Shown here piece after piece: positions 1 through 14,078 of a DNA stretch of 64,000 nucleotides (position 1 is the first letter of the stretch; each line of letters begins with the position of its first letter). The notes beneath the pieces are model-generated. The model was not told the origin of the DNA. It saw nothing but the letters and a program-made list of their open reading frames with translations, and did not search any database. Position numbers and translations under genes: made by a program. Source of the DNA: Oculina patagonica (taxonomy: Eukaryota); contig NC_135759.1 of assembly GCF_052425735.1 (NCBI RefSeq), forward strand, positions 24,428,001 to 24,492,000, given 5' to 3'.

Positions 1-1924
1 CTGTAAGACGGATTTTGAGCTATTTTTAAAATAGGCGAAACAATACGTTTTCCTACTTTGTCTTCAACGGAGTCGAAATTATGACTAATGTTGCCTGTTG
101 CACGATCAATCTCAAGTAAAGGCCTCTATCAGCGAAAAATATATGATAATGAATCAGTTTTACAAATGCCATCCATGGTCAAGTAAACATTCAATGTTCT
201 ATTAACAGCGGCCAATTAGACGTGCTCTGCAAATCGTCATTTTTTACAAGGGTATAATTGTTTGCTTTTTCCTTGCCTTTATTAAAGCAAGTCGGAAGGG
301 ATTCAGCAAGTCCCAACAACAAGTTAAATTGGGCCAGCGTTATATTGTAAAATTTAATTTAAAAATATCCAAAGCCGCCTTGATTGTCGCCTGGAAACGG
401 TGATTGGTGTTTTGACAGTGTGCATATTTCCCTTTCTACAGAGTAACCTCACTGCGGGTAATAACGCATAGTTATCGTTCTATTTAAATGTGGATTTCAC
501 TTTAAGATGAAAATGGTGAGTTCATTTTATAACGTGATAAAATCATTAATTTCTTGTATAATATCTTTGGTCGTGGTCAAAACATTAGCAACTCAGAGAA
601 ACGGCTTTTCAGGGGCTTTTTCTTATCTTTTTGCGACTCCGTTGTTCCATCGAAGATAAATCGATATGGAATTTTTGAGTTTACGTTTTGAAAACTGTGT
701 TCTTTTACCTGTAATAACTACTGCACAAAACATGCAGCAGATACTGAAATATGCCTAGGAACACCTTACGAACAGCAACATCAGTGTTATTAAAACAGAC
801 AAAATAAACAGATACACTTACCTTTGCATTCTTAAACCAAAGCGAAAGCGAATACTGAAACAAACCTCACGAACGGCAACATGCTACTAAAACAGGGAAG
901 AAAAACAGGTATGCTTCGTCTAACATATGAAAACTGACTTCAACCGAATTCTTGTTTCGATGACAAGTTTAATGTATTCTCGTCGGTGTTTGTATAGATG
1001 GACTGTAAATGCAGATTATGCAAAACAGGGAAACTGAAATGTCATGGTGAACGCCGGGAGAAAAAAAAAAACAAGCGAGCTAGAGAGCTAATATTTCGAC
1101 TTCAAAAGTACCGTCAAAACGGTTAGCTTATTTGTAGATTGACGTGTTTCATAAGTCAAAGCACAAATTCTTAAATGCACAAATTCTAATGTACGGAGAG
1201 ATCTAGTCAATCTTGATTTTGGCTGTAAAATGTGTAATTTGCGCCTAACACCTGCAGCCTGGGCCTAATAATTACCGTCACGTTCTGTTAACCAAAACAT
1301 GGAAATTAACAAGCCTGTATAAAATTATGTGTCATCCCGCATGTTAGGTTGTGAATGGCAATCTGGAAATAAGTAAAAAAATAAAAGAAATAAGAAATTT
1401 CAGCAGTTTTAACTTTGTATTCTAATAAATAATTAATTAAGGCGACAAAGCAAAGGGACAAAGAACCGTTGTATTAAGTAGATACTTACGGACAATAAAA
1501 ATTCAAAATTTTGTGAAATGTTCAAGCGTACTATAAGGAACGCCGGTTTTTGAAAGTAGATACCCGCTTTACAGACACCCGCTTATTATGGACAGTTTTG
1601 TCTGTCAGGACTAAGAGCTCATACAATTATCTCTTTTACATTAACCTTTTACATTAACCTAACACCGGTTAATACGGACAACGGACAATTCTCTGTGAAC
1701 CAAATTGCACCAAGCGTAAAATTAAACCACGACATATACCTTTATGTTGTAGAAATGAACTTTTTATGTTGTATAAGTTTCTTGATCACTGCCAGCGTCA
1801 ATAAATTCTTATGCAACTGTTTCTGTTTTCAGGATTTATTTGTCCAATGTCAAAGGTTCACGCAAGGGTTTTTCATTGAACGTTGAAGAATGTAGCTAAT
1901 TGCGTGGCCGGAAAAATTCAGAAG

Positions 1925-4693
1925 ATGGACCCACTGCTCAAAACAGTGCTCTTGAGGTCTCTTGCCTTTCTATTATGGATCTTATTCAGCGCTTGGTTGT
2001 TTTCTATTGTGGAGTACACGGATAAGGATGATGTCGAAGAAAAATATCAGTTGTTGCTTTCTTTGTACGATTCCATGGCATCTAAATACAACATGACCAT
2101 CGACGAGTTTAACAACTTTTCCAATCTTGCGCACGAGGCCTTGATTGACCCTAAGCCACAGTGGAGTTATAGTGCTGCAGTGGATTTCGTCTTTCAATCT
2201 TTAACTACAATTGGTGAGTTAAAATACGAACTGGCTGAATGGAGATTTAGGACAGATAAGGAAAAAATACTGACCTCTTGGGAAAACTTGGCTAAACTAG
2301 CAAAATGCCAATGTAAAATGCAATGTTCAACTGACTTTGATGTAGAAAATACAATATGCTCCCATAGAAATCCACCGAAATAAACACTACACAAACTTTA
2401 CTGCTTTTTGAAAAAACATCAGCAATAATTTTGATAATAGAAAGAAAGGGAATGGGAAATTTTCATCTTTTTTGTAGTAGCATAAACGTGCACAAAATGA
2501 ATTTAATAGGTTTTGACAGTAGGCAAATTACACAAATACACAACAACGTTCGCTTTTAAATTTGATTTAAACTGCAAAAACTCGGTTACCTTCAATAAAT
2601 TTCTTGTCCTTTATAATGTCGATATCTAGTGTCTATTGAAGCTAAATCTGATGACACAAAGCGATGTCGTAAAACCGCTCCAAGTGCTCCGCTGTGGTTG
2701 GATCAGGGATCTTTTCCTCTTTGAAGATACGCTTTCAAAATCGATCGAGTCCCCTTCGTTGCTTTTTCCGTGTTTTGATTTTCCCTGTCTTCTAATAACT
2801 TTAAATTTTGCCTCTTCATAATGCTCAAATCTAGCCATTTTCGCGTTTTCAACCTGCTCGGCAGCAAAGCCGTTCAGTCGAGTGACGTCAACGGTTCTTG
2901 GGAACGAGGTTGCGATCCAATGATTAACAATTATCCTGCGAAATCGCGCGGAATATCGCCTGGTACTTAGCCGACGAGGCCGTAGGCCGAGTTGGCTAAA
3001 ATCAGACGATATTCCGCAAGATTGAGCAGGATAATTGTTTTATTATTCAACAAATTGTCAACCAAACACATTTCGTAGATAGAAAAACTGTAATTATGCA
3101 GCGCTTTACAAGATTTCGGACGAATCTTCGCAACCTACGTATATCGCAGGATATCTGTTATGTACGGATGACAGATAACGTTAACATTTTAAGCATATAT
3201 GGGCAGCGCGCGCATCTGTTGAATAATAATTTTTGATATTGGACGGTTGCGATCCAATAATTGGAATTTCTTCCAAATTTGGTCGGCGCTAGCCGAATAG
3301 CTGGAATTAGCCGGGGACCAAAAGCCAATCAGAAACACAGAATAATGTTATGAATAATAATGTTAGTTAACAACCTACATAAAGTGTTTCTTTGTAAAAC
3401 ATAATTGAAAAACGCTCCGCCAATTTAGGTGAGTGAGCTTTTTCTATGGGTCAGTGTTGAATATGTTTATGATATAGTCTTTTTTGCTTTGTGAAATAAA
3501 CGACGAACAGCGTAGGTTAGCTTGGCCTCCTCCACCTACAAAAAGCTTGGCCTCCTCCACCTACAAAAGAAAGCTAGAGAACATGTAGTATAAGCCTTTA
3601 TTTTTTCACGGTTTTTTTTTTTTGACGTGCATCAATAGTTTTGCGAATTTATTTGCCATAGTCGATTATCAAACGGAAAACCTTCGAAAGGAATTTATTC
3701 ATTACTTCAAATCCTGAATTCAAGCATAATTCAAATCGGCTGATAATTAAACCTTGAATTACAATATGAAGTGAAATAAATAGCACAACCATTAATTTTT
3801 TCAGTCCCTTTTCGTCCCTGCTTGACTAACCTCAAAAATGAGCTGTTATTTATCTTTCTTTTGTAGGTTATGGATACATCACTCCTCAAACACCCACTGG
3901 CCAGATATTGTGCATCTTTGTTTGTTTACTTGGGATTCCCATGACATTGCTTACGTTAAAATCAGTTGGTGAGCTCGATGCTAAATTGGTAAATGCAATT
4001 GTCACAAAGGTCGAAAAGAAAATCCTTAAAAGAGCGGAACCGAAACAAGTAGAAGTTAAGTGTGCTGTGATTTTGTTTTCAACAATGGTGGTGACGCTAC
4101 TTATAGCCGCTTGCCTAGCGATGATTCTTTGGGGTTACACTTTCGTTGAAGGATTGTACTTTTGGTTTATAACACTCACCACAGTCGGTTTTGGTGACTT
4201 CGTTCCTTCTAGAAGCCGACTTGTCAGGCAGTCCATTAAGTCTATAAATGCAACTGAAAATCATCTAAACAAAGATGAATCAGCTAACGTAAAGGAAACC
4301 CCTGCTGTGTTATTCCTCGATTTACTTTTCCTCATATTATGCATGATCGGACTGGTTGTCGTCTCAGGTGTGTTAAACTCCATCATGACGGCTCTTGATG
4401 TTAATGAGCAGAACTGTCGCCTTCGGTGTATCAGATGTGTTCCTCGGCATAAAAGGCAGAACCACGTGGACAACGAGCAGCATAACATTCCACAGCAGGA
4501 GGAAGCAGAGATGAAATACTTAGGGACCATTCATTTTTTAGAAGGGGGGAGGGCCGGAGGAATCTTGGGGGGGGTCACTAATTTTTTACAGTGGCAAAAG
4601 GGGAGGGTCATCGTTATTTTCGTTTTTGAAAAGGGGGGTCGCGTAGAAAAACACTGCATTTTAATCCAAATCAAAATCTTTTATTTTCAATAA
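1925..4693 (+). CDS. K2P (KCNK, TASK-like) potassium channel, copy 1; exons 1925-2213 + 3867-4693; 371 aa as it stands, last 56 aa transposon-derived
   Basis: M1, cap (SKYNMTIDEF), P1 SLTTIG|YGYITP joined across GT(2214)..AG(3866), M2 LLGIP, M3, P2 TLTTVGFGDF, M4. The native C-terminal 21 codons (DMENVVFQKENMGSSSVNEIK*) lie at 5886-5951, beyond a TIR element. Confidence 0.92.
2926..3229. mobile_element. Palindromic non-autonomous element (long hairpin plus second inverted repeat), in copy 1 intron
   Basis: Hairpin 2926-3039 with core C-GA-GGCC-GTA-GGCC-GA-G; second IR TTATTATTCAACA (3040-3052) / TGTTGAATAATAA (3217-3229). Confidence 0.7.
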
Positions 4694-5882
4694 ATATTAA
4701 GTGATATAAAATGTGACAGGCCAAGCACGACTCCCGCTGGTTGCTAAATGTTAGCCTTCAGTCTGATAACGGATGATTTGATTAACGCTCTCTATTTGAT
4801 TTGATTAACGCTTTCAGTGATGATCTTTATGCCATTGTGTTTGCTAGCTCTGTGGCATATTTTGTTAGGTTTATCGGCTCATGTTTGTTGAAAGATTCTT
4901 AAAAGCCTTTAAAGGAATGTTGTAGTCTATATTGTGTATCGGATCAGTGGATTTCTAACTGTCAACTCGTATTCTGAAGTGGCGGTTAGTTCGTAGGATA
5001 ACGTTTCGTTACCACAGTTGCGAGGGTCTATAAAGATCCGAGTCTTTTGAAGGCTTGCAGTCTCTAAACATTGAGAGCAATGGTTTCTTTGAGTTGTTTT
5101 TAAGCTCCCCTTAGTTTGAGTTGTTGTGATTTGCGCTCTGGGAGCTATAAAAGACATAAAACTTTACCTCCATTATTGTTGATCTGTTTTGTTGCGTTAC
5201 TTGCATCCACCAAATAAATTCTATGGCAGTTTGATTACTGCGTTTGAAGTCTCTAGTATGCCGCAACCATCTCTTCTGTCAAATGTTTTATCTAAAGCAA
5301 GACTCAAGTTTCGGTCCTTCAGTGGACCTCATCAGATGCTCCTATGTCAAAGTCTCATTGAATGATTTGAAATCAATCGATTTGCCGTATTTGTACTTGT
5401 CTGCAGGATCGAAAATTCTGGTTTTTAATTGGCTCACGTAAATGGACCAATTGTGTTAATGTAGTTTTGATTTGTGCCTAAGTGTGTTTGTTTATAAGGC
5501 TATTTTTCGCATTTTTGACCGTTTAAGGTCACTTCTGATGCTAAAGAGTGCGAGAGTAGTGTTCCACATAATGAAGAAGGGCTTCAATTCGTGTATATAG
5601 CACGGCGTGCGTTTGACTGTAGCATAGATTTTTTTGCGATCAAAGATAATCTTGTGCAACACAGCGGAATGGAGCTCTGTCAAAAAAAGAGGTTTGATGT
5701 GATTTTTTTTGAGGTGCATGTGTGTGTGTGTGTGGGGGGGGGGGGTCGCAAAATTTAATATTGCACTTTTGGGGAGGGCCTTCATTTTTTTACTCTACTA
5801 TAGGGGGAGGGCCAAAAAGTTTCAACTGAATACACACAGGGATTCCTCCGGCCCTCCCCCCTTCTAAAAAATGAATGGTCCC
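4523..5882. mobile_element. Non-autonomous PIF/Harbinger-type DNA transposon inserted in the coding 3' end of copy 1
   Basis: Perfect 42-bp TIR GGGACCATTCATTTTTTAGAAGGGGGGAGGGCCGGAGGAATC and TTA target duplication (4520-4522 / 5883-5885). Removing it restores a paralogue-like C-terminus. Confidence 0.93.
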
Positions 5883-6170
5883 TTAGACATGGAAAATGTT
5901 GTATTCCAGAAGGAGAACATGGGATCGTCGTCAGTAAATGAAATTAAGTGAAAGCGTTAGCTGACAAAATTTATAATTAGATCCTTTCTATTCGTAGTCG
6001 TTAACAGTGTGATCACATGAAAGACATAGAGTTGTATTTGTCTTAACCAAGTGTAAAAGAAACGGGGTGCGATCAGTCTAAATGTTTAACCATAACGCCA
6101 GTCTGCAGTCTGATATCACTGTGATATGCCACATCAGATCGACTGCACGTTTACCAATAGTTTGCAAATA

Positions 6171-6671
6171 CAGTAGAACCCCGGTAACTCGAACTCTGAA
6201 GGGAAACGTAAAACAATTCGAGTTACCGGGTTTCGAGTTATCGGGGTCGATTGCATATTGCATTGCATTAATTTGCCAAGTTAATAATTGATAGTTAACT
6301 GATTTTTCAGAACTTCAGTATACGGTACAGTGCAAATTGAACTTAACTTGTCAGAAACTCTAACAAGACCATACATTCTTATGATAAGAGTGGAAAATGG
6401 TTGTAAAATACATGATCTGTTCGCTGCTCTAATCAATGGGCAACCGTGCCAAGTTGCAAGAACCGGAATTCGAGTTATCGGGGTAAATTTGACCCAAATT
6501 TTGTTCAAGGGAAACGAAATTTAGTTCGAGTTAGCGGGGTTTTCGAGTTATCCGAGTTCGAGTTAACCAGTAAAAATGACTGAAAAGTGGGGGTCAAATC
6601 CAAGGGAAATGGCAGTTCGAGTTAGCGGGGTTGTTCGAGTTATCCGAGTTCGAGTTACCGGGGTTCTACTG
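6171..6671. mobile_element. Tc1/mariner (pogo/Tigger-like) MITE
   Basis: 26-bp TIR CAGTAGAACCCCGGTAACTCGAACTC, TA flanks, internal TTCGAGTTA repeats. Confidence 0.88.
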
Positions 6672-7578
6672 TACTACTCTTTAGAAACACCCAAAATGTT
6701 TCTTTTAAGTGAAACATAACCGAAACAACCCAAAAGCTTCAGTTGTAAAAAAATCCAGTAGTGAAGCAGCTCACGTAAGCTTGAAATTTACTGGTCTTCC
6801 AGTGCAGCAGTTGGGGGGGCTAGGGGCATTTTTCCTGTTGTTTGTTTATTGTTCTTTCGAAGGATAGCAAGCCATTCATGCGAGACCTTGTAAGGGTTGC
6901 TACCTGACCCAAAAACTCTAAAGTGATGAACATGCATCCATCGTCGTGTGCTTGTCCTAAAATTTTGATTCACGCAGTTTACATGATTGCCAGTGAAGAC
7001 GAACGAATTTCTTGCTGTTTTCTCAAAACTGAAGCATTCCAATGAAAAAGAACTGGCATGTTTGATTTACCTAGGTGGTAATACTAATCTACAGACAAAA
7101 TATGAAAAAGAACACTTCAAGCTCTGGCAGCCGCTAGCTTTCGCTTTATTCTCCTTCGTCTTTACTTATTACCCCACACCCTGAAAGGATGCTAGTCTAC
7201 TGAAGGTTTCCTCCAGTATTTAGAGATGATTCCAGTCTTTACTGCGCAATCTCCGCCTGTAATGTTTATGTAAGCCTCACACGAAGGAATGTTTACTAGC
7301 CAAAATAAAAAATCCAGGCCAAACTTACCTTTTCAGTCTTTGTCATTAACGCCAGATATCCTTGCAAAACAATAATAACGAGTAGAAGAACTTCGATGCT
7401 ATTCCCAACCGGCGTTTTAACTTATCGTGCATTCCTGAACGAAGCGACCAGTAATGGTGGACAAAAAACTTCATGTACGCAGTTACCGAAGTGTATCACG
7501 TATCAACGAATTCAAAACAAAACTGAAAACATACCCCAGGACTGCGCAGTACGAACTGGAAATCAGATTTAAGTAACT

Positions 7579-7925
7579 CCCAGGGGGGGGGGGGGGTACT
7601 CGGGGTTTCAAGTGACAGGGATGATCGGAGGATTTTTTTGGGTTTGAAATATTCGATTCCAGGATTTTTTGGGTAGGAAAATTTGGCAAGTATTTTTTAT
7701 TTAAGCAGGGATGTTTTGGGGTATTAAAAACAATCTGAAGGTTTGTGGTGGTGCCCTGGCTGCGTAGTACAAACAAACAAGTTTTGCTGTTGATTTTTGA
7801 GGGGTCAATTTTTGATCTAGGGATTTTTTGGGTTATGTTGGAAGCTCTAGGGAATTTTTTGGGGTCTGGATTTTTGCCCCCATTCGATCATCCCCGTCAA
7901 AAAAATCCCAAGTACCCCCCCTGGG
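7579..7925. mobile_element. MITE with CCC-G-run termini and 8-bp TSD
   Basis: CCCAGGGG...GTACT / AGTACCCCCCCTGGG termini; TSD AAGTAACT at 7571-7578 and 7926-7933. Confidence 0.88.
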
Positions 7926-8195
7926 AAGTAACTGCACCTAGCAATTCACCAGTACCCATTACGCATCTACGTGGAGTGATGTTTTGTGATGGTTAGGTCT
8001 GTTGACAACACGACATCGAGTCACTGGCTACGCTCGTTCTCGCTCTCAAACCCCTGGCAGGATATCCAGTTGAATCCACTCACCATGAGACAAGCAACCA
8101 GGCCTCCACTGTTGTTGGTTATCAACTGAATATTTTACAAAGACTTTGCTCCATATTCATATTCACCGGTGCAGTGTTAGCGAACTAATACATAC

Positions 8196-8507
8196 TAGTT
8201 ATGCAACGCTTTCGAGTGGTATACTATGGAATATCCCACGAGTCACTTGTATTTTCTCGGTATACACACGAGCCTTTAGGCGAGTGTGTATACCAAGAAA
8301 ATACAAGTGACAAGTGGGATATTCCATAGTATACCACGAGAAAGTGTTGTATAACTATTTTATACCATGCCATAGAAAATACGCTTACTAAATTTCGTCG
8401 AGAATACAATCGCAGCGCACGATGGGAAGGTTGGGTTGAATACCGTCGAATATACAACGGCTTTCCTGTATTCTGATTGGCTGTATTTTCTATGGCATGG
8501 TATAAAA
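8196..8507. mobile_element. Palindromic non-autonomous element (162-bp hairpin plus second inverted repeat)
   Basis: Hairpin 8196-8357 with core C-GA-GCCTTTAGGC-GA-G; second 25-bp IR at 8358-8382 / 8483-8507. Confidence 0.8.
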
Positions 8508-9465
8508 AAACATTAATAATGAAAACACCTACAACTGTTTTTCATAAAGCGTTATTTTTGCCGAGCGAAACACGACACAAATTATTGCGACTTGGCGTCA
8601 ATGCAAAAGAAAACAAAAGAAAGATGTGGTACTTGTTCATAAAGGTTAGATGAAATGAGAGCCTTCTTTATCGTTTGTCACAGGATGTGGTCACTTTGAA
8701 AACGAAAACTTTAATAAAGCTCAAATAAGTGGCTAGGTGAAATGAAAGCCTTGGATCATAATTATGATATTGCTGGCGTAAGGGGTTTCTGAAAGGGTAC
8801 CTTACAAAAACGTCAATTAAACACTACCTGCAAGACCACGGCACAGTTACGCATGAATGTCAGTCAGAAAACGAATATATTTGGTTTCGAACAATTTGCC
8901 AGCAACTTCTTTGTAATTCATTATGCTTTAAAAATTAAAACAAGTTTAACGTCTCTAGAGAAGCCATTTATCCAGTATTTTTCGTTGATGTTCCGCTGCA
9001 GGCGATCTCTTGAAAGTCACAGGTGATTGTTTTATTACTGAGTTTGCATAATTTTCACACTTTAAACGTAAGTTCATTAGGGAGTTGTTTTTAATTCCTT
9101 TACTAAAAGAAAAAGTAATCATACAAATAAACTGACATCTGTATACTGAGAAAAAAACCTTGACTGAGCTCCAGAACAGCGGAATATTCTAGCTATTTTG
9201 AACGATTTACTAATTTGGCCTGAGGTAAGTTAAACATGATAGACTGATAGATAGAAACTTTACTTTTAGCAGCTGCATAAGCAAAATTATTGTCATTATT
9301 CGTCAGCCTAAAACCCATATATTTGTTTTCAAAAGTTTGTGTCGCCAAATAAATACTCTTCATACTTCCGATTCATAAGTTCAGTCCATCAGTGAAAAGC
9401 TATTAACGTATTTTCGGTGGAGTTTCACATACCGGACATTGAATCAAGTACACTGCTGATTGGCA

Positions 9466-9625
9466 CAGTTGAATCCCGAGAACTCGAGCCCTCAATAACT
9501 CGAACTCCCGCCAACTCGAACCTCTTTTAATTCCCCTCCAGGTCATTTTCTTACTAACTTTACCCTCGATATCTCGAACCCTTTTTCGATTTCCCTTGAA
9601 GGTTCGAGTTATCGGGATTCAACTG
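9466..9625. mobile_element. pogo/Tigger-like MITE (same family as 47828-47999, opposite orientation)
   Basis: TIR CAGTTGAATCCCG / CGGGATTCAACTG followed by TA. A right-half fragment of a related element ends at 9917. Confidence 0.8.
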
Positions 9626-12031
9626 TACCTTATCACTTTAATTTGCATACATTTTGGGCATAAAAGGAGTTCATTAGTGGGGTATTTGGTATTTTTATTA
9701 TTTTCTAACAGCAGGGTACCAAAAAAGCTGTATCCATTGTTTCGGTTATTTCACAGGAAGACGTTTCTTAGCTGGCTACGAAAAGAAAGGAAGCCATTTT
9801 TGAGAAATGGAAAACGTCCGAGATAATGGGGATAAAAATTGCAGTGTTTGACTGAGAGAAAGGGAAAGCACTTTTGGTTCGAGTTATCGAGAGGTTCAAG
9901 AAATCGGGTTTTCACTGTAAGTATGTTATTTTGAATAACACTGACTTTTAAGTCGTCTTTGTTTTGCAACACATAATCTGATTACCACAAGATGTGCAAA
10001 TTGGGCTCTGAGTTTGTGGCTAATATCATTGAAATACTGGTTTGTAGAGCACAATTTGAAAGTGCACTTTGCAAACCTTGCTAAACTTAAACTAAGCAGT
10101 AATTTCGCCACGGCAGCCTTGTGTATTACAGCAAAAATAATTCGTCCGAACTGCCGAACCAAAAAAGTATCATATTCTCATACAGGTGTATCAGTACAGC
10201 AACAATATTTCGGCTTTTAGATGTCTGCAATAATACATGATTTGTTTGTGTCAAAAACAGGGGAAACATCTTCCTGGTATCAAAGTTTGATAAAATCAAA
10301 GGAAAAACTCTATGTGGCCCCCAGGGCTTTTTTCCTTTTAGGATCTTTTAAGAAGAAAGGAGGCTTAATTAATAGAGAAGGGGACTTATTAGGGAAGGGG
10401 GATTATTTCAAATGGTATTTCCAGCGTATATCAGTTAAGGTAAAAATAAAAATAAAATAAAGTGGCTTTTTTAATGCTTCAGTGCCGTTTGGTTACAGAT
10501 TTTTACAAACTAGCAACAATCATTAATAAATGTAGTGACTAACGAGAAATTCATGGTGTTGTCAACAATCACATTAATTTGTGAATACCGTCGACTTACT
10601 AACGACAGAATCAACTAGGACTCTCCTGAATGCCTAACCTACAGCATTTAATTCAACGACTGACTTTAGAAAGCTTGTGCACAAACTTAGATTGTGGCTA
10701 TCCCCGAAAACGTACTAATTACTAAAATATCTCCCATTTTCATGCATATTTTAGAACCAAGATTCCAAGTTAATTGTACTGATACGTTTTTTGTATACCG
10801 TACTTTATTTTCGCGCTCTTTTCCTTGTCTATGTCTGGCAAACGCTCATGGATGAAATTCGACATTTCTCCAGGCTGTCAGATCTAGGTACTGATTTACT
10901 TTATATATAATAATTCATAAAGATTTCTTTCACAAACCAGACTGAATAAAAGCTACTAAACGACAGCAGGGAACGGAAGGTCCGCGCATTCAATCAACTT
11001 CAATTTACTTTAGAATGTTTAAAATATAGCCAAATCGAAATTAGCTTGCCTGTAAGTGTTTTAATGACGTGAAAGCTAACAATTGGCGAATTTCATTTGT
11101 CATGCCTCTGTCTGTGAAATAAAATAAGCGCAAAATACAAAATACAAAATAAGTGATTGTTTGTAGAAATGTTATATTTCACTCAACTAATTCATAAACT
11201 GAGTTTGCCTTTTAAGTTGCAGTCAGTCGGTTCAGTTATAATTTATTAAGCTATTTGAAAGACCACATGAGCAACTTCCCCTCACTGTGTAATGCCTATT
11301 AACAAGAATATCCTAAATAGAGCAATTCATAAAGACCTACCGATTAATATGCAAAATTAATGTTTGCATGAATTAATGCAAAAGTAAGATACCTAAAAAA
11401 GATTCTTTGACATTAGCTTTCGCTTTGTGTCGCGTTCATCGTGGTTTTTAACGTTAACGACCATTTAAAACTTATGTGACTAAAATTAGAAAGTTGTTAC
11501 ATGAAAGCTGCATTATTCCGGATACTGAAACGACTGAATAGCAACTACCTTGAAAACACAAATATGCCAAATTAGCAGGTGGACCAGACCGTAAGTTGCT
11601 TGTGAATCCAATATAAGTACATCTTAATTGATGGTCAGCCAGCTGATTGGTCTAAAATCATAATAAATCCGTCGTTGAGTAAAATGAAATTCGTCAATAA
11701 CAAACGAAATAGATTTTAAAGGAATAAACATCAACGCAATCCCGTGGAGTTAAGGCAGAGATGAACTTGAGCTCATCAATTAACCTTGCCAATTTTGATG
11801 TTCCTACGAACCAAAATTGTTTTTTCACAATTAAAGAAAATATTAAGGGAGTAGGTATGTAGATAATGATAAGAGAGGAAATTATCTAAAATCCAACAGT
11901 CTTCAGAACACATGCGGCCAAAAATAGCACAACATGTCGGTTATTGTATTTTAAATGTCGATTTCAGTTTAAAACCCATGCGACAATATTTTTCTTTTCT
12001 GTCTAGCTGGTGCAGGTGTGAAGATTTGAAG

Positions 12032-13429
12032 ATGGACCCGCTCTTCAAAGCAGCACTTCTTCGGACTCTTGGCCTGGTATTATGGGCCTCGCTCAGTGCC
12101 TGGTTATTTGTTATAGTAGAGCACACAGACAAAGATGAGAGGGAAGAAAAATATCAGCAACTCTATTCTCTGTATGAGTTCCTGGCATCTAAATATAACA
12201 TGAGCATCGAGGAGTTTAATAACATCTCCAATATAGCACACGAGGCCTTGAGCGAACCTAAAACGCAGTGGACCTACGATGCTGCAGTTGATTTCGTCTT
12301 TCAAGCTGTCACCACAATTGGTAAGAAAAAAATTAAAAAATAATCTAAATGCGTTAAATACACTAAATAAAACCTAAAAATATCCAAATCTCCAAAATGC
12401 TAGTTTATCACAACTGGTGGAATAATTTAAAAGAACCTAGTTCTTTTCAAAGTATTCCACCATATGTGATCGGCGATGCTTGTATTCTTCAGTACCCAGA
12501 GTTAAAAAATCAACAACATCAACAGATAAAACCTTTGTGAAATAGTGTAGATTCACGCTAGGCACTAACTAAGCAAATGCTCTATCAATGTTCGTTTCCC
12601 ACAAAAAAAAATCACAACGCAGACTAATAATTTTCAAACTCTTCAGTCAAGGCAAAACATCCCATTTACTTACCTATCCTCTTCTTTAGTGCCAGTAAAT
12701 GTTGCTTCAAATATCTTTTTTTGGTTTTCTACAGGTTATGGATACATCACTCCTCAAACACCCACTGGCCAGATATTGTGTATTTTTGTCTCTTTACTCG
12801 GAATTCCAATCGCATTACTCGCGTTTAAATCCGTCGGCGAACTGATTGCCAAATGGGTTAACACAATTGTCACAAAGTTCGAAAAGAAAATTCTCAAGCG
12901 GTCGGAACCAAAGCAGATGAAGACTAAGAGTGCTGTGATCTTGTTTTCCATAATGGTGTTATTAATTGTTATAAATGGCCTGTTACTAATGGTCCTTACA
13001 GGCTGGTCAATCCTCGAAGGGATATATTTCTGGTTTATAACATTTACTACTATCGGTTTTGGTGACTACGTTCTTCGGCAACCTCAAAGGATCAAGGGGC
13101 TAGCTCTAAACAGCACTGTAAACCAAGCAAACAAGCATGATTCAGGTGACGCGGACACTTCTGCGATTTTCTTTGAGCTATTTGGTACGTTTTACTCTAT
13201 ATTAGCTTTGTGCATTGTTTCCAGTGTACTAAACGCCATCATGGCGGCCATAGAAGAAAGAAAATGTCGTCCTCGGTGCCAAGGTTGTATTCCTCGAAAA
13301 ATCCAGAACCACGTGGACAATGACGACAGTACAGAGCAGCGTGCAACTAACATGACGTATTTAGGCATGGAAAATTATGGATTTCAGAAGAGTAACACGC
13401 AATCGCTCACAGTAACTGAACTTAAGTAA
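12032..13429 (+). CDS. K2P (TASK-like) channel, copy 2; exons 12032-12320 + 12735-13429; 327 aa
   Basis: P1 AVTTIG|YGYITP across GT(12321)..AG(12734); P2 TFTTIGFGDYV; four TM segments; intact frame ending VTELK*. Confidence 0.95.
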
Positions 13430-13804
13430 AAGTAATCAATGATAATCATAATCTTTAAGTTGAATGGTTTAACTATAGAAGTGATAAATTACAGGTGGAT
13501 TATAAAAACTGTGGATACGATTCATTTTAAAATGCACAATAGAGGCGCCAGCAATTTAAGTGAATTTTTGTACTATTTACAGTGTAAATCATTTTAACAA
13601 AACATCCTGTCGCTCGATTAAAAAAAGTGTTATTATGCAGCCAGGTAACTCTTAGAGAAAAGGCTTAGAAATGACAGTAAAAAAAAAAATAAACATGCTT
13701 TATTGTGTATAATTATTTTGTAGATGTATTATTACAGTTTTTCGCAGCATTTTGATTTGCTTCCTATTAAAATGTACTACTTACTAACAATATGTAAAAG
13801 AGGG

Positions 13805-14078
13805 GAGCCTCGAGCCAAGTGGCCCATACTGCCGGAGCTTATAAGCGGCTAGGAATATTTCTACTCCCCCTGAATGGGATGCTAGTCCATCGCAGGGTAC
13901 CCCCCCCCCCCCCCAGCATTCTGTCGCCGGTACCCATTTATACACCTGGGCGGAGAGAGGCACTATGAGCGTAAAGTGTCTTGCCCAAGAACACAACACA
14001 ATTACCCCGGCCAGGCCTCGAACCCGGACCGCTCGATCCGGAGTCCGGCGCACTAACCATTAGGCCACCGCGCCTCCC
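13805..14078 (-). mobile_element. tRNA-derived SINE (family A)
   Basis: Minus-strand head GGGAGGCGCGGTGGCCTAATGG (A box) ... GGTTCGAGGCC (B box), then TGTTCTTGGGCAAGACACTT and CAGGTGTATAAATGGGTAC. Second copy at ~35140-35355. Confidence 0.85.

Noticed and set aside
2626-2838. 70-aa basic minus-strand ORF in the copy 1 intron
   Set aside because: It lies beside a MITE-like end (GGGAACGAGGTTG, ~2900-2912), has no recognisable domain, and has no supporting exons.
3519-3570. Short tandem duplications (here, ~735-900, ~4775-4812)
   Set aside because: Two-copy slippage products with no further structure.
4523-5882. Harbinger element acting as a precise intron (introner)
   Set aside because: No GT/GC donor at the left terminus that would restore the frame.
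13990-14078. tRNA genes here, at 23855-23925 and at 47210-47255
   Set aside because: A/B boxes are present, but there is no complete cloverleaf and each continues into a SINE body.
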